Of a stretch of 64,000 bases of DNA, positions 1 to 12,789 are shown one piece after another (within the stretch, counting starts at the first letter, position 1; each line of letters opens with the position of its first letter). The position numbers and the translations under genes were made by a program. A model generated the notes under the pieces. It was not told the DNA's origin. It did not search any database and was given only the letters and a program-made list of their open reading frames with translations. The DNA comes from Phoronis australis (lineage: Eukaryota > Animalia > Phoronida). Where the stretch lies: the NCBI GenBank assembly GCA_002633005.1, contig NMRA01000160.1, positions 207,640 to 271,639 of the forward strand, read 5' to 3'.

Positions 1-548
1 ATGCGTTCTACTTTGCGAATTATGTGTCCGTGAACTATTACTGAATATTTTGCGTCTTCCAGTTCCACGGACAGACGGACAGACAGACACACATGTCATT
101 TGTAATGCGTTGCGAAATAAAGCATCCCATGTAATATGTTGTTTGACTCGAATGCAGCTACAACTACACAACCTTAACTATCACTGCCATTAAAAAACAA
201 TATTGTAATATACAATTATTTTATACGATTACTGTAGCTATTATTCCTATGGCCATATACACAGATACACACATTTATACATAGCAATTACTAAAATAGG
301 TTATTACTATTATTAAACTATTACTACTATTACCAGGGCTCACAATGAGCAAAAATTTAAATGAGGCGCAAAGTGCAAATTGTGTTTTCGTGTTATAATC
401 TTCCTTTCTGCTAATTTGCAGAAATTACAAAAAGTAAATACACCCAATTTTCCTTCACTGCGCATGTCACCATTTACAGTAAAAAGAAAAAACAACAGAA
501 AATAAGTACTACTACAACACTATTACAATCATTTGTCTTGTAAAGTCG

Positions 549-710
549 AACATTTTCAAACATGGCTCAAAATTTCCAAATATGGCACATAACTTCTCAA
601 ACATGGATTAGAACTCCTCAAACATGGCGCAGAACTTCTCAAACATGGTGCACAACTTCTCAAACGTGGCGCAAAACTTCTCAAACATGGCGCAGAACAC
701 GGTGCAGCAC
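549..710 (+). repeat. 21-bp minisatellite (aacttctcaaacatggcgcag-like, about 7 copies)
   Basis: Visible tandem units that explain the NMAQNFS repeat ORF 624-827. A related shorter copy lies at ~39277-39337. Confidence 0.85.
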
Positions 711-804
711 CATATCTCACCACTGATTACAATTGTGTATTACATTATGCTAATCATTCATTATCATTATCATTATCATTGTAATAATTATTACTATATC
801 TTAC

Positions 805-1064
805 CCTTGGGCTTGGTAGTGATGTAGATAAGGTTACTGATACCCCCCCGTTTGGCGGTAGAGATAGTGTAGGTCTGCACATACATGGCGTACTGCGTGA
901 AAGGTTTGAGGCCAGGGATGATCTCATTCAGATGTACAGGCTCTTCATTCCCCATCTTATCAATAAAGCTGTCGTTGGTCGCTGGCGGCTGATAGTCCAA
1001 AGTCTTCCACATGTTGTCGGTACAGGCGTCCTTACCGTCTAGGGTACTGATGTTTCTGAACGGC
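805..1064 (-). CDS. InR: Insulin/IGF-like receptor exon: FnIII-1 C-terminal part (260 bp, phase 2-1); gene continues past the window start
   Basis: PFRNISTLDGKDACTDNMW…GLKPFTQYAMYVQTYTISTAKRGGISNLIYITTKPK. Acceptor tatgtag|, donor |gtaaga. Confidence 0.96.
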
Positions 1065-1117
1065 CTACATAGAACAAACATAGATTATGACAAGAGGGGG
1101 CAGTAATAGCAGCATAA

Positions 1118-1282
1118 AGGAAGGGATGGGGACAGAAATGGAGACTAGGAGAGGACGGGGAGGGGGAGACAGAGAATGAACAAGAGAGAGGGAGAGACGG
1201 GTGGAAGGGGTTAGAGGGAGGGAGGGAGAGAAAAATAGCGAGAGGGAAGAATAGAAGTTGGGGAGGGGGAGGGAGGGAGAAA
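1118..1282 (+). repeat. Purine-rich (GA/GGGA) low-complexity tract
   Basis: Nearly pure A/G run. It is a long pyrimidine tract on the InR transcript, just upstream of the 1064 acceptor. Confidence 0.8.
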
Positions 1283-2760
1283 CAGTTTATTTTGCAAGTC
1301 ACATAAAACAATAACTACGTTACATGATTGAGTGGCCCAGATAAAGTATATATTGCTCGTAGCTGACTACTACGAAGTAAAAACCACGTAGATAATAAAT
1401 ATTTCTGGTGACAGATAACAGCACACACGGTCAACCCTTCAGATAAATCAAACTTAATCTTACTTGGATAAGATCTGGGAACATGTGCCATGACATTGGC
1501 CATCAATTAAGAACATCACAAATGTCACATGAACTGAAGGAACAGCATACGGTCATTTTAACTGTGGTCCAGGGAGCTATGCAGAGTATCCCAGAAAATA
1601 ATTAAATCAAAAAGCCTAATTTCACAAAGTACCAGTCTGACCTCAAAAGTTATTCATGCTTTCATTGAAGAAGTGAAAACGAGGCTATGCTTGGTAGCTG
1701 ACAAGCAAGTATTCACAGACGAAAATAAGGCTAAGACAAATAGCAGACAAGCATTCACTGACGAAAATGAGACTAACAGAGGTAGCAGACAAGCGCAATC
1801 GCTATGACTGAGAAGACAGACAAGTTTCTCGGAACTAAACATGACGAATGTTGTTGTGTTTTGCTTGGCAACAAGAATGCCAGAGTCCACAATCATCTTG
1901 TTTTTTATCACTTTTCACCAGAAAAGAAAAACGAATTGAGAAAATGAAGTGTTTAAGATCCTTTGATCGGAGGTAGCTTAGTGCTTTTCAGTGCCATAGT
2001 GAAATTTTTCATTCATTCAAAAGTTTTAGTAGTAGGCAACAGAACTAAAACATCGTTTGCTTTCACCATAAAGCTTCTACTAGACGCCAGACATTTATTA
2101 ATTTCATTTATGGTCCACAGACCCGGCCTCAATTCCATACCACAGCTTTTTAGAGACACCTTCACTGATGATTTAGCCTAAAGCTACGACAACAAACAGA
2201 CCGGAAATAAATGTCAATGAACCTGGCAAATCAACATTTGAACGGGTAACTCAACATTGACTTTTCTATATTCATATATATCCAATACACATTATTATCG
2301 TCATTAAGTTTCATCAGTTTAAATGAGACCATGAAATACCCAAGGCCTGCACACGACTAGCAGACTACGGCTGCGTGGGCATACACGACAGTCATTTATT
2401 ACATCATGTACGAACGTTTTTGCATAATATCTGAATCTTTTCTTTAACTGTTCCTTCCTTAAGATACTGAATCCCAGTTTGAGGATCTCTTCCACGAAAC
2501 CAAAAGTTAAATGAGATACAAACAACAGATCGCCCGTACACAAAGAGAAAGCTGTCTTTACACTGACACGCTTAGCCTCACTTTCATAATCCACAGGATG
2601 AGAATCATTTTACGGATGACCTACATGTGTCCTATTATACTATATGACAACCAACGTTAACGTTCAGCTCAACAGCAATATTCGGCTTAATTCCGTGAAA
2701 GCGCGCTCAAGACGAGGAGAAAAACAGCTTGATATTAGTGGAAAAGTATCGATCACTTAC

Positions 2761-2887
2761 GCCTCGCGGTAGTTGATTAAATAAGACAGCAGACTGCGGT
2801 CATCACGACTGTTAAGCTGGGTCCAGGAAATGATCACGACATCGCTCATGACGAAACTAACCGTAAGGTTTAGCTTTATCACAGTAC
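2761..2887 (-). CDS. InR: Insulin/IGF-like receptor exon: FnIII-1 N-terminal part (127 bp, phase 1-2)
   Basis: Manual translation CTVIKLNLTVSFVMSDVVIISWTQLNSRDDRSLLSYLINYREA, compared with INSR DFRDLLGFMLFYKEA. Acceptor gctctag|, donor |gtaagt. Confidence 0.93.
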
Positions 2888-3285
2888 CTAGAGCAAGAGG
2901 GAAATGCGTGACTGTTAAGACGCAAGTTTACTCTGGTGAATAGTCCTCAAAACGTCACGTTTTACATGTACCTCAAAACTACAATGGTTAACACGAGACT
3001 TGATATATAACAAAACTACATTGAGTGAACACTGAAACTTTACTCGTCGAGTTGGATAATTAGAAGTGTGAGACATTAGTGCAAGTGATGGGAGGTAATG
3101 TAACTGATGAGATGGGCAGACGGTGACAAGTTATAATGGGGAAATGGTACTTTGTCCCATTACTTTCAGCAAGTACTTCGAATACAAAGGAGAATGCATC
3201 TCATGAAGAAGAGAACATGCTTGGCACATTAATCAAAGAAATACGAACGGAATATCTGACATGCAATTCGTCAAACTCAGCTTAC

Positions 3286-3500
3286 AGGCTGCCTCGTCGC
3301 CATTTGTGAGTGTTGAGATGTCCTCATTAGTTCGAGTTGCCGTGATTGTGGTCTCGTTGATGAATGCATCGATTTTATCCAAACACAGCTTGCGATTGAA
3401 GTGCATAAACATGGCCCCCTGCGTTATTGTTAGGCGCGGATGCGAGGTCACGTTCCAGATGTCTTGCAAGTTACTGTTGTCCAACAGAATAAAGGCGTAC
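3286..3500 (-). CDS. InR: Insulin/IGF-like receptor exon: end of L2 domain (215 bp, phase 2-1)
   Basis: YAFILLDNSNLQDIWN…LTITQGAMFMHFNRKLC…DISTLTNGDEAAC. Acceptor tgtttag|, donor |gtaagc. Confidence 0.96.
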
Positions 3501-4479
3501 CTAAACAGAAGTTGAACCTTGTGATGCGGGGAAACACGAAAGATCTCGCAGAAAGCGACTTACGTGAATGAAAGTTTTACATACAACAACAAAACTGGTC
3601 AGAGTTTGTCATGCCAACTTATTGAGTTTGGTATCAAGTAAAAACACGAAACATAAAGTTTTTCCTAAGCCTTAAAACCAAATCAAACCAGAGACCAATT
3701 TCACAGAGGTCAGTGGTCTAAACCACAACTTTACTTCTTGGACCCAACAATTTTGCAGTCGATGACCAAAAGAATGTGACAAGTTTGAACGAAAATGTCT
3801 CTCTGCAAATTATGTTAACCTTTCTTCTTAAATACAATTGAAATGTTATGACTAATCGATTTGCTTATCTACTTTTAAAGGAGGCACTGGGGACCATAGA
3901 AATAACAAAAACCCCAAAACTACAACATCAGTTTAGTCCGATTCTGCAACAGTTTTCTACAATGCCCTGCACCAGTGGCGACCTCGTTCCACGGTTGTCT
4001 ACTGCAACCATGCTAATAGCTATTTGAAGTAACACTTCAGCCATTTAGATGTCAATGTTGAATTCTTCATAAACCAAAGCACTAGATTTAAAAACATTAC
4101 CCATCATCAAATCTTGAATTATTGCCGAATGAGCCAGCAACTGAACTCGCAGGCAATGCGCATTTGTGCAATTTTCGAAATCAAAATTTCAGTGTTGGTC
4201 AATCCCAATAAACTGTGAAGCGTTTTTTCGAGTCGCTGATGATTTCAAGGGCCATGTTGGCAATGGAAATAGAATCCTATCATGGTAAAAATATTATTAG
4301 ATTGATTTCATGAGAGTAAAAGTCCCAATTTGATCTTTCATATTAGCCAGCTAAACAGGATGATTGATATACAGTTTTAACAACCAACTTATTTCGATAC
4401 TCGTCATTCTGTCAGTTACGCAATGAGTTGTAATACTCGCTGGGCAGTCCACAATATACCTGTTTCTTGTCTGCCCCAG

Positions 4480-4832
4480 CTTGGAGACATGTTGCGGCCA
4501 AACCTATTGAAATCTAGACCGATCATGTTTTTTTACTTAAATGAAAGAGGAGAGCTAATAGATGCCTATATGCCAAATTTTATGAAAATAGGTTGAGTAC
4601 CTTTGAAGATACAGAGGTAAACGTAAAAATTAAAATTGCCACTAGGGGGCACATGGACAGTCGGATCTGTCCCAAAGTTCACTCATGCCGTCCCATCCAT
4701 GAAAGGAACATATGTGCAAAATTCCATGAACGTATGTCAAAGGGTTTTGGAGATAGAGCAGCGAACGTCGCACGGACGGAGATGACGGCATAATGCGTCC
4801 AGATATAAATAAATGTGTGGGCGCATAAAAAT
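4480..4832. mobile_element. Interspersed repeat family (Helentron/HINE-like), copy 1
   Basis: 4553-4675 closely matches 13260-13383 (gatgcctat.tgccaaattt.atgaaaat…ctttgaagatacagagg…aaaattgccactagggggcaca). Ends in an imperfect palindrome followed by an A-run. Confidence 0.65.
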
Positions 4833-5102
4833 GGCCGCTGCAGCACCATCTTGTGTCTGATTTTAACTAAAACCAATAGGCTGTTGATCAGAAAAGAAAC
4901 AAAAAACAAACAAACAGCAAATTTCATGAAAAAACAACAGACTTTCACCAAATAACAATTTTGAAGTAAATTCAAACTAGCAACGCAACAACAGTAGCGG
5001 CGAAAGTGTTCGGAGGATGCCCAATACAGCAGGAAAATACCATAGAATCAAAGTACTGGTATGAGAGTTTGGGATGCGCAACCGACTTATGCCGCAACTT
5101 AC

Positions 5103-5262
5103 TTCCCACGCTCCAAGCCCCTGTTTCCCACACCTCCGGTGATAAGACGAAGGTTTTTGAAGAAGGACAATGAAACGAGCGCGTAGGACCTGGCCACCTT
5201 CACAAAGCCATGCACCTCTTCAATGTCCCCGAGGGCCTTCTCAAGCTCATGCGCGATGTTCT
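5103..5262 (-). CDS. InR: Insulin/IGF-like receptor exon: L2 domain (160 bp, phase 1-2)
   Basis: Manual translation [53 protein letters not shown], containing the hallmark [11 protein letters not shown]. Acceptor ttctacag|, donor |gtaagt. Confidence 0.96.
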
Positions 5263-5794
5263 CTGTAGAAACAAAGACAAGTTTTAAGACACGTAGTTGT
5301 TAGGGATTACAGAGAAGACTCATCACGTCTGGACGAAACCAGTTGCAGATCTGATCTTTTTTCGATTTTTAAAGGTCTCTAATATTGTTGTGAATGCGTT
5401 AAATATTTCAAATCATTGTCATTACTTGTGTGTTGCTGGTCTTTTACGACTCAAATGAAATCTCACTTGTTTGCTTCATGTATTCTAAATTGGTGAGACT
5501 TTACCTTCGACTTGTAGAACGCAACAGGGGAATAATCATTGGTCAAAGTTTGTGTAAAAAATAGGAAAAAAAATGTACTTTAGACAGACTTGAACCATAC
5601 AACTGTCTTCAAACACCAGAAGGTGAAATTCTGAGCACTTATACCACTGTTAAACTTATTCCTTTTAAGCAGCTATGATTAAGGAGTAATCTTGTAACCA
5701 ATGATAATGACTGAATGTTTCTTTGTTTGATAGCCCTGGCTAATCTTGACAAGACAGTGCCAATCCTCGGTGTGGCAAAAACATAAGTACGTAC

Positions 5795-5923
5795 TTCCTC
5801 CTGTGATCGTGATCTCCAAGTTGTTCATAACGATGTTGCAGCCTGTCCACTGCGCTGCTGACGTTATGCTGTCGATGATGGTACTCTGGGCGCCAGAGCC
5901 ACCCCGCTCAGCGGGTGGGCAGA
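5795..5923 (-). CDS. InR: Insulin/IGF-like receptor exon: start of L2 domain (129 bp, phase 1-1)
   Basis: Manual translation ICPPAERGGSGAQSTIIDSITSAAQWTGCNIVMNNLEITITGG, compared with INSR [27 protein letters not shown]. Acceptor atttcag|, donor |gtacgt. Confidence 0.93.
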
Positions 5924-6673
5924 CTGAAATGAACAGGCAACACCATCAGTCTCAAACTGCATCCAACAAACATTCACCGTCAAAGTTTTTGAAATGAAAT
6001 TATTTTGCGTCTACTAACCACAATTAAAATGATTAGGACAAGTGACTATTAACCTTGATCTGAAAATAGGGCAACAGTAACCATTTAGTAATGGATAAGC
6101 CAAGCTTCATTCCCGTGCCCAGATACTATGCTTTTTAGGGGTTTCAGGAGTTAAATTCAAATAGTATATGTAACGTTTCGGTAATAATCATTTTAAGAAA
6201 CTCGTATGGTATTTTATGATTTAGGTCCTTTGTTTTACTCAGTTTCGCACATACGCATGTGTGCCAAATTCCAAATATAGGCGTAATTTTGAATACAAGC
6301 GCACGAGCCTAAATGTGCACATGTACAGCAAGTATGTTGCGGAGTACCAATCAGCAGGTGGCGACGCTGTCTAGTCCACGATCTGGCTCAAATAGAATTC
6401 TTAAACATGTCGTGGAAATCTACAACACTCTGTGAGTGCGCTGAAAAATAGTTCCGCAAAGAGACAATTTAAGAGAAAGGGACACAGGAGAAATGAAGCC
6501 CAGTTATCAGGTCGCTTGTCCGTGCTTTTGCCACCTGACATTACAAGACAAAATATACATGTGGTTACATGTGGAGATAACTGTAACAAGACAATAGCAA
6601 GATAACGCATGCTTAGTGTTGTCTAACGAAGTTAACATGTGTCATGATTGCTCTTCTGCCGCCATCCACTCAC

Positions 6674-6869
6674 TTTTTGGGCACCGGCCTTTACATTTGA
6701 TACACCGGTAATAGTCGTTCTTGTCCACTTGGTAGTTTGCTGGGCATTCTGAGATACACCTGCTGTTCAAACCATCGTCAAATGGTTTGTAGTTAACCCT
6801 ATTAGCATCTTTGTTGTTCCGGTCAATCGACTTGCACTCATCTCGGGTCACGCACCGTCGACCATTCAG
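6674..6869 (-). CDS. InR: Insulin/IGF-like receptor exon: Cys-rich domain, C-terminal part (196 bp, phase 0-1)
   Basis: LNGRRCVTRDECKSID…RCISECPANYQVDKNDYYRCIKCKGRCPK. Acceptor ctctag|, donor |gtgagt. Confidence 0.95.
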
Positions 6870-7485
6870 CTAGAGTAAACAAGCAGGAATACAACTTATA
6901 GTAATAATAATACTTAAAAGGATACCAAACCCAGATTTCCCCTATTAACAGATACTATAAACGACTTTCGCAACCAGTTCTCTGAAACAAAATGATGCTC
7001 TGTAATCCTCGACAACCACCAAAAGCTTGGAAGAAATTTTGAAAACTTTCAAAGTCTGCCAAATGAGCAGGCGTGACCTACGCTTTTAGCGAACTACACG
7101 GCAACTGTGGGAAAAGACCAACCACCAAGGACTGTTATATCCAATTTGTGAGATAAGGAGTATGAGTTTTTAGTTGATTCCTGCCTTTACCTTTCAAGAT
7201 TGACGCCAATGATGCTTTAGCAGGTGACATAATGAGGATTGGTTGAAGTCATCAAAATATGGTTGAGTTTCCTTTTAAACTTGATGTGCTGGGTTGTATT
7301 TACATTGATTCCTAGATCCTCAGAGACAAGACACTCAAAGACATGACATTTGTGAAACGTACTGTGTTCTTGAAAGAGTATTACATTAATGTAAGTGAAA
7401 ATGGGGTTTAAAAAAAGAACAGAACGATGCAAACCTCAGGCTGAATTCGAAATTTTCTAAAGTCACCAACACTGTGAGTAGTTAC

Positions 7486-7658
7486 CTTGTAGGTTCCTAG
7501 AGGGCAGTGTGGTAAGCACCTCCCTTGATGGAACACTTCCTTACAGGCGTAACATTCGCGATCCGTTAGTCCATAACATCCGCCGAAACACTCGGGGTGG
7601 CAGCACGCATCACCATTACAAAATTTTGTATTCGGGCAGGTACTGGTACATCTTGTGT
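7486..7658 (-). CDS. InR: Insulin/IGF-like receptor exon: furin-like Cys-rich domain (173 bp, phase 1-0)
   Basis: DTRCTSTCPNTKFCNGDACCHPECFGGCYGLTDRECYACKEVFHQGRCLPHCPLGTYK, matching the CCHxECxGGC motif. Acceptor ttttcag|, donor |gtaact. Confidence 0.95.
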
Positions 7659-10600
7659 CTGAAAAGGAGACGGTGTATTCTAAACTTTGCATACAACATT
7701 GAGATTGCATTGAAGGGAAATTATCTGCTTTACAACAAAAATGCATTTTCAGGATAATTGTTGAAGTATTTAGTTTTGACCAGAGCTTCGAAAAACAGAA
7801 TATCCTTTAATTTTGTCTACAATCTGCCAATATTTTATTAGACTCTTGCACACGAAGTATGATCTTATAGCTCCCAGGGCGTTTACCCGTTTCGACCGTT
7901 CGGTTAAGCACTCACCCCCGATTTGTCAAAGTTTGTTTTTAAGTGTCCATGTTCGGCTTGGCGCCTATACCGATTTTTTTAGTTCCACAATTTGAGCGCT
8001 GTGGGCATTAACTGAGACAAGCAGATAATTAAAATATTCTTAATTTAAACTGCACTCATCCAAACAGCCTATTCGGCATATACTTAAAAATGAGGTCAAA
8101 CACTTCATCAATGGTTCACTGAAATTAGACAAGGTTCCAAGAAATCAGTTCAGCAGGCAGATGTTCACATACAAAGCAACTTCACAAACAATCTCCCACC
8201 TTGGTGAAAAACATATTGGTTACCATTGGTTACCATGGTCCTTGTGGTGGCTGAGTGGGAAGTTACAAAGGAGCTGATAAAATCTGCTGTTGTTGTTTAA
8301 CAAGCATCTTCCATGAAAAAGAGAATAGCCACAACCAAACAACGAAAAAATCAAGCGATTTCAGGAGGACTTCCCATGAAAACAGGGGGGGGGCAGAATA
8401 ATTAAATCTTGCCGCCGGGGCTTATGCTTTTGTACTCCCAAGTAAAAATCTAATTTCACTTGGTCAAACACTTCAGGATACATAGAAACATGTTAATATC
8501 CAATGCGATTTGATCAAGCAATGGCTGTTGAAGTTGTTACTGACAACTGACGGAGCTACAAACGCAGCAGCTCTTAACACAAAGTGAAGGAAACTTAGAC
8601 TACAAACTACAAGATTAATCTGGAATGAATGAACCAATAATGAAAAGATTTCCCACAGGATGAAACCACAGCACGGACAGAAAAGCTAAATAGACTGATT
8701 TGAGGGCCAGACGTGCTGGACAGCACTGATTCAAGTCACGTATGCAGATACATCCAAATAGCACAAGGCTGGAGGCTAAATAACATCCAGCTGTAAAGAC
8801 AGAGCCAGGCAGTTAGTTATTTACATGCCAACAATGGGTTATCATACCATACAAGTGGGAGGTCTCAGGGTGTGTTCTTCCTACATGTACCATCAGACAT
8901 GGAGCTGCATAATGTTTGAAATGGTTCGCACCACCTCTGGAAATCTTGAGCCACATTTGAGAAGCAATGAGCCATGATTGAAATCTTAAGAGGCCATGTT
9001 TGAAAAGCCAGTCACATGACAAATGACTAAAATAGTGTGGCATAGTGATTATTCTGTTTTTATTATTGTGTAGCGGAAATGACAGTGATATTCCGAACAA
9101 ATGAAAACAATGCGTAATTAATCAATGTTAATCTTTCCGAATTAACGGAAAGGAAATTAGGATACAAAATCACGATGTGTTATTTGTAATGCGTTGTTAC
9201 TCAGTGAGAACCCTAACCCTACATAACTACTCCAAGTTCAACCAAACCCACCAATCCACCCACCCGACCACCCACACGTTCCCATCATGACGGCATCATT
9301 CTTCTTTACCCGCAAAGAGAGCCCAAGCCACAATAGACAACCGAAAATCTGCCAATAAAATATTTTCCATGAACTAACTGAACCACCATTAATCTCAAGG
9401 TAGAGACCTGGCCTCAGTCCAAGTATCAGTTCCACCACAAACATACTCACATCCAACAGACAGCCAGCCAGCCAGCCAGCGGTGGGGCTATACACTTGTC
9501 ACAACAGAACGAATGTTTTTCAGATCGACCTAGATCTCTGACCCGATTTCAAGCTGGCCAGGAACTAAAGTCAGACTGTGACCAATAGACACCCCGCTGG
9601 GTTCAAGGTCCATGTATAGGCAGACCTCATCTACCCATAGACATAAAAAGGTCACCTCTGTTAGCAAATGTAACCCTATAGATAACATATGCCACTGCAA
9701 AAATTGTACGACATCAGTTCAACAATTTCACCAACAGGGCATGTCAAACTTACAGCTTACGACATGTAATACAGTTCAAGTACGAGTTAAATCGGAGAGT
9801 TTACGCAGAAAAAACAAAACACTCAGCAAATCAGGGCTGGGCATTTCACTGGAAATACACCAAGGAATTTGCCTTTCTTCGTTTAACTTCTCACAAGATA
9901 GTGAAATGAAATTTACACTGACTGCTGTTTGTAAGACATAGATACTTGAGGGTACCTCTTTCCATTACTGGCACTCATTTATCCCACACGTCAGCCATAT
10001 AAGCCGATTTTTGCTATTTACCCGACAAATAAGCAATCTTTTGTGTTTACTGGTCGTACTGATGGATATTTGTAATGTCACAACTCTTCGGACAAATAAT
10101 TTTTGTGGACTGTTCAACAATTTCAGACCTATGGAATGTCCCCCAGGTAGAAACTTCAGCAACGCGGCATTAGACTGAAGATGATATTTCTAGCAAAACA
10201 GTTTCAGTTGAAACCAAGAATCAACACGACAACCTCTCAAACTGTCCTTTTCTAAGTGTTATGTTTCATACATGTAAAAAAGCAGACGCACAAAAACAGA
10301 CGCATAAAAAGCTTATGCTAATGCTTGTTGCAGTGGCGTTTTTATTTATCCTAAGATATTTTCCACAAGTTTTCCACGAATTTCACATTTCCCACGAGTT
10401 GACTAAGCATGGAAATTTACTGTTTTTTTTATTTTCTAAGTTTACCCGATTACTATGGTGATTGGCAAACCAATGTTATCTACACTGAGTAGAGGGAACT
10501 GCCAGACTTCCTATCCTAGCAAAATATTCTGAAACATGCAAATATCTACTCCATTAACTAATTCCAGCAGAAGGTTTTATTTCCTGTAGCACGTAAATAA

Positions 10601-10899
10601 CAACGGCCTCTAATGTGGGGAATAAAGTCGTAAGCAACGATTGGAGAAACAACCCACAGAGCAATTATTGAGATGAGGAAATGAAGGAATCTTGAAGATC
10701 TGTACGATGACGGAGAGGCGGATGACAGGAAATGTACGCAACAAACAGGAAACGCACAAAGTACAACCTCAACACAAATATGAACAAGTCATGTTCACGA
10801 CAATCAGAAATGTTAATTCTTAACTGGCATCGTGTCAAAATGGTTTCCAGGACTACCGCATTCGACTGGCTTAACGCCCACCCATAAGTTTCAAATTTC

Positions 10900-11142
10900 A
10901 TTGTTTATGCTTCATTAATTTGTTCAGTCGGGGAGATTGGTTGCTTAAAGGCATAGTCCGAAATTCGTTGTCACCTGATGTCAGCTTCACAGGAATGCAT
11001 CTGCGTAATCTGTTCATATCTGACAAGGGTTTAGGAGATGCAGCAGTGGAGGCCAGATGCTCAGACAGAGATGACGGCAATATGTACCCACATTTTATGA
11101 GTGGTTGTACATCGCGTATAAATATGTGGGTGCATAAAAATG
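10900..11142. mobile_element. Partial copy of the same HINE-like family with a terminal palindrome
   Basis: Tail matches 13449-13511. Inverted repeat atgtacccacat…atgtgggtgcat followed by aaaaa. Confidence 0.55.
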
Positions 11143-11729
11143 CCATTTTAGACACGTTGCGCCAAAAAACTGGTGAGATTTTACAGTAAACGTTTTTGAT
11201 CTTACAGAAATAGCAGTCTCAAGGTTCAAGCTCTGACCTCCAGCATTTTTTGTGTGTAAAATTACCATACATAATCCGTTGAGAGTGGTTAATGAGTGGC
11301 AGGTGTCCAGGTGGTGATTAATTCAACCACTTGCCAAACTAGCAGATTTTGCCATGTTGTTAGCAATAAGGCGCTAATTAGCTAATGAGACACAACATGA
11401 TAAAAAATAACCGGAGGCGGTCTGGTACACGTTGTGCAATTTGGGGACAAAAACAATTCCTAAAATTGCAAGTTTTAGACAACTTTGCTGAAAATTTTAC
11501 CAGATGTTATTAAATGATAGCTGTGCCATACAAAGCAGGCTAAAATAAAGAAGAATTTTCTCAAAAGTTATTTTTGTTTAGAAATTAGATAATGTGAACT
11601 TCCACTTTTCTGTCATGAGGTGTCCTCAAATGACGAATTTTCACCGTAGGTGAACACGTCCATTCTAATTCCTCCTGCGACATCCCAAAATTCCCTGGCT
11701 TTACGAGTTCACAACACTCAGGAACACCA

Positions 11730-12340
11730 TTAAGCTATGGACTCTCGGGAAAATGTCCAATTCTGGCTAACTTCGGAAAATCACATCTCAAAAATGGATC
11801 ATCAGGTTAAAATTAGACTTCCAGATGCAAACTCGGCTTTATTAACTGTTCTCTAAAACAATGTTAGGAATTATAAGCAAAGAATTATCAATAACAACAG
11901 AATTATGTACCACTAAGAATTGTTTTTAAAATGCTTCACTTCTGTATGAGGAGCTATCAAAAAGTAGGACTTTAATGAGTTTTATGAACGAACTCAAGTT
12001 ACATGAAATGAAAACGAAATAGTTTAAGGAAATTTAAACGGCGTTTCTTGAGATTTCATCTTGAACATTAAATATCAAATGAAATTTGGCCATTTTATTG
12101 ATACCCCCTTATTTTGATATGACTATATACCTTTCTTATTGTACAAATTTTAATTAAGACGTGGCCACATCACCCAATTAATGACACACCTGGTAAAAGG
12201 TAGCAAATCAAATTTTATAGGTTTTCCACCTACTTTTACCAAGTTAAAATCTTAGTTTTGTCTATATTTAGCTAAACTAACCAAACTGTCTGACAAAGTT
12301 TGCATAACCGTAGGTACTAATTAAAAATTTACATAATTTG
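11730..12340 (+). mobile_element. Old non-autonomous DNA element family (TTAA-like ends, Kolobok-like); related copies at ~19090-19625 (inverted), ~27230-27450 (core inverted) and ~53325-54190
   Basis: Shared end taagctatg…aaaatgtccaatt.tggc.aact and shared core aaatgaaaacgaaa…ttgaga.ttca..ttgaa, matched by eye. Confidence 0.55.
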
Positions 12341-12789
12341 CTAGATCCCCCACCGAGAAGTTTTCAACATTCTCATTTTAAATGCCCTCAGTTCTGATGC
12401 ACTCTTGGCTGAACAACTACTCCAAGAATTTTTAATGTCAGGATTTAAACACCCAGGACATCAGCCTCAACAGATGGTAATCATTCATGATTGAGGTGAT
12501 CAGCAGTTAACTTTCCACATCCAGTCATAAGTTAAATTAAGAATGTTTTATTTTCATAGTCCAGCTAAAAATATTTTCAAGTTTTATTAACGCTTTAAGG
12601 ACTTGTCCACGGCGACAATAAGGTTCAGATTTGGGTAACAGGGCTTGGAATGACCAATGACAAAAACAAGAGCAACACAAAGCGTTGAAATGCACCCACC
12701 AATGCGCCACAAACGGTGTGCTTCTAGAGGTGTTTATTTGTATCATAAAAATGGCAATTAGATGGCTCAGAATACATTGAGTAGAACAC

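Noticed and set aside
2319-2594. ORF with CxxC faintly like an integrase zinc-binding domain
   Set aside because: The HHCC histidines and catalytic core are not recognisable, so the similarity is too weak to call.
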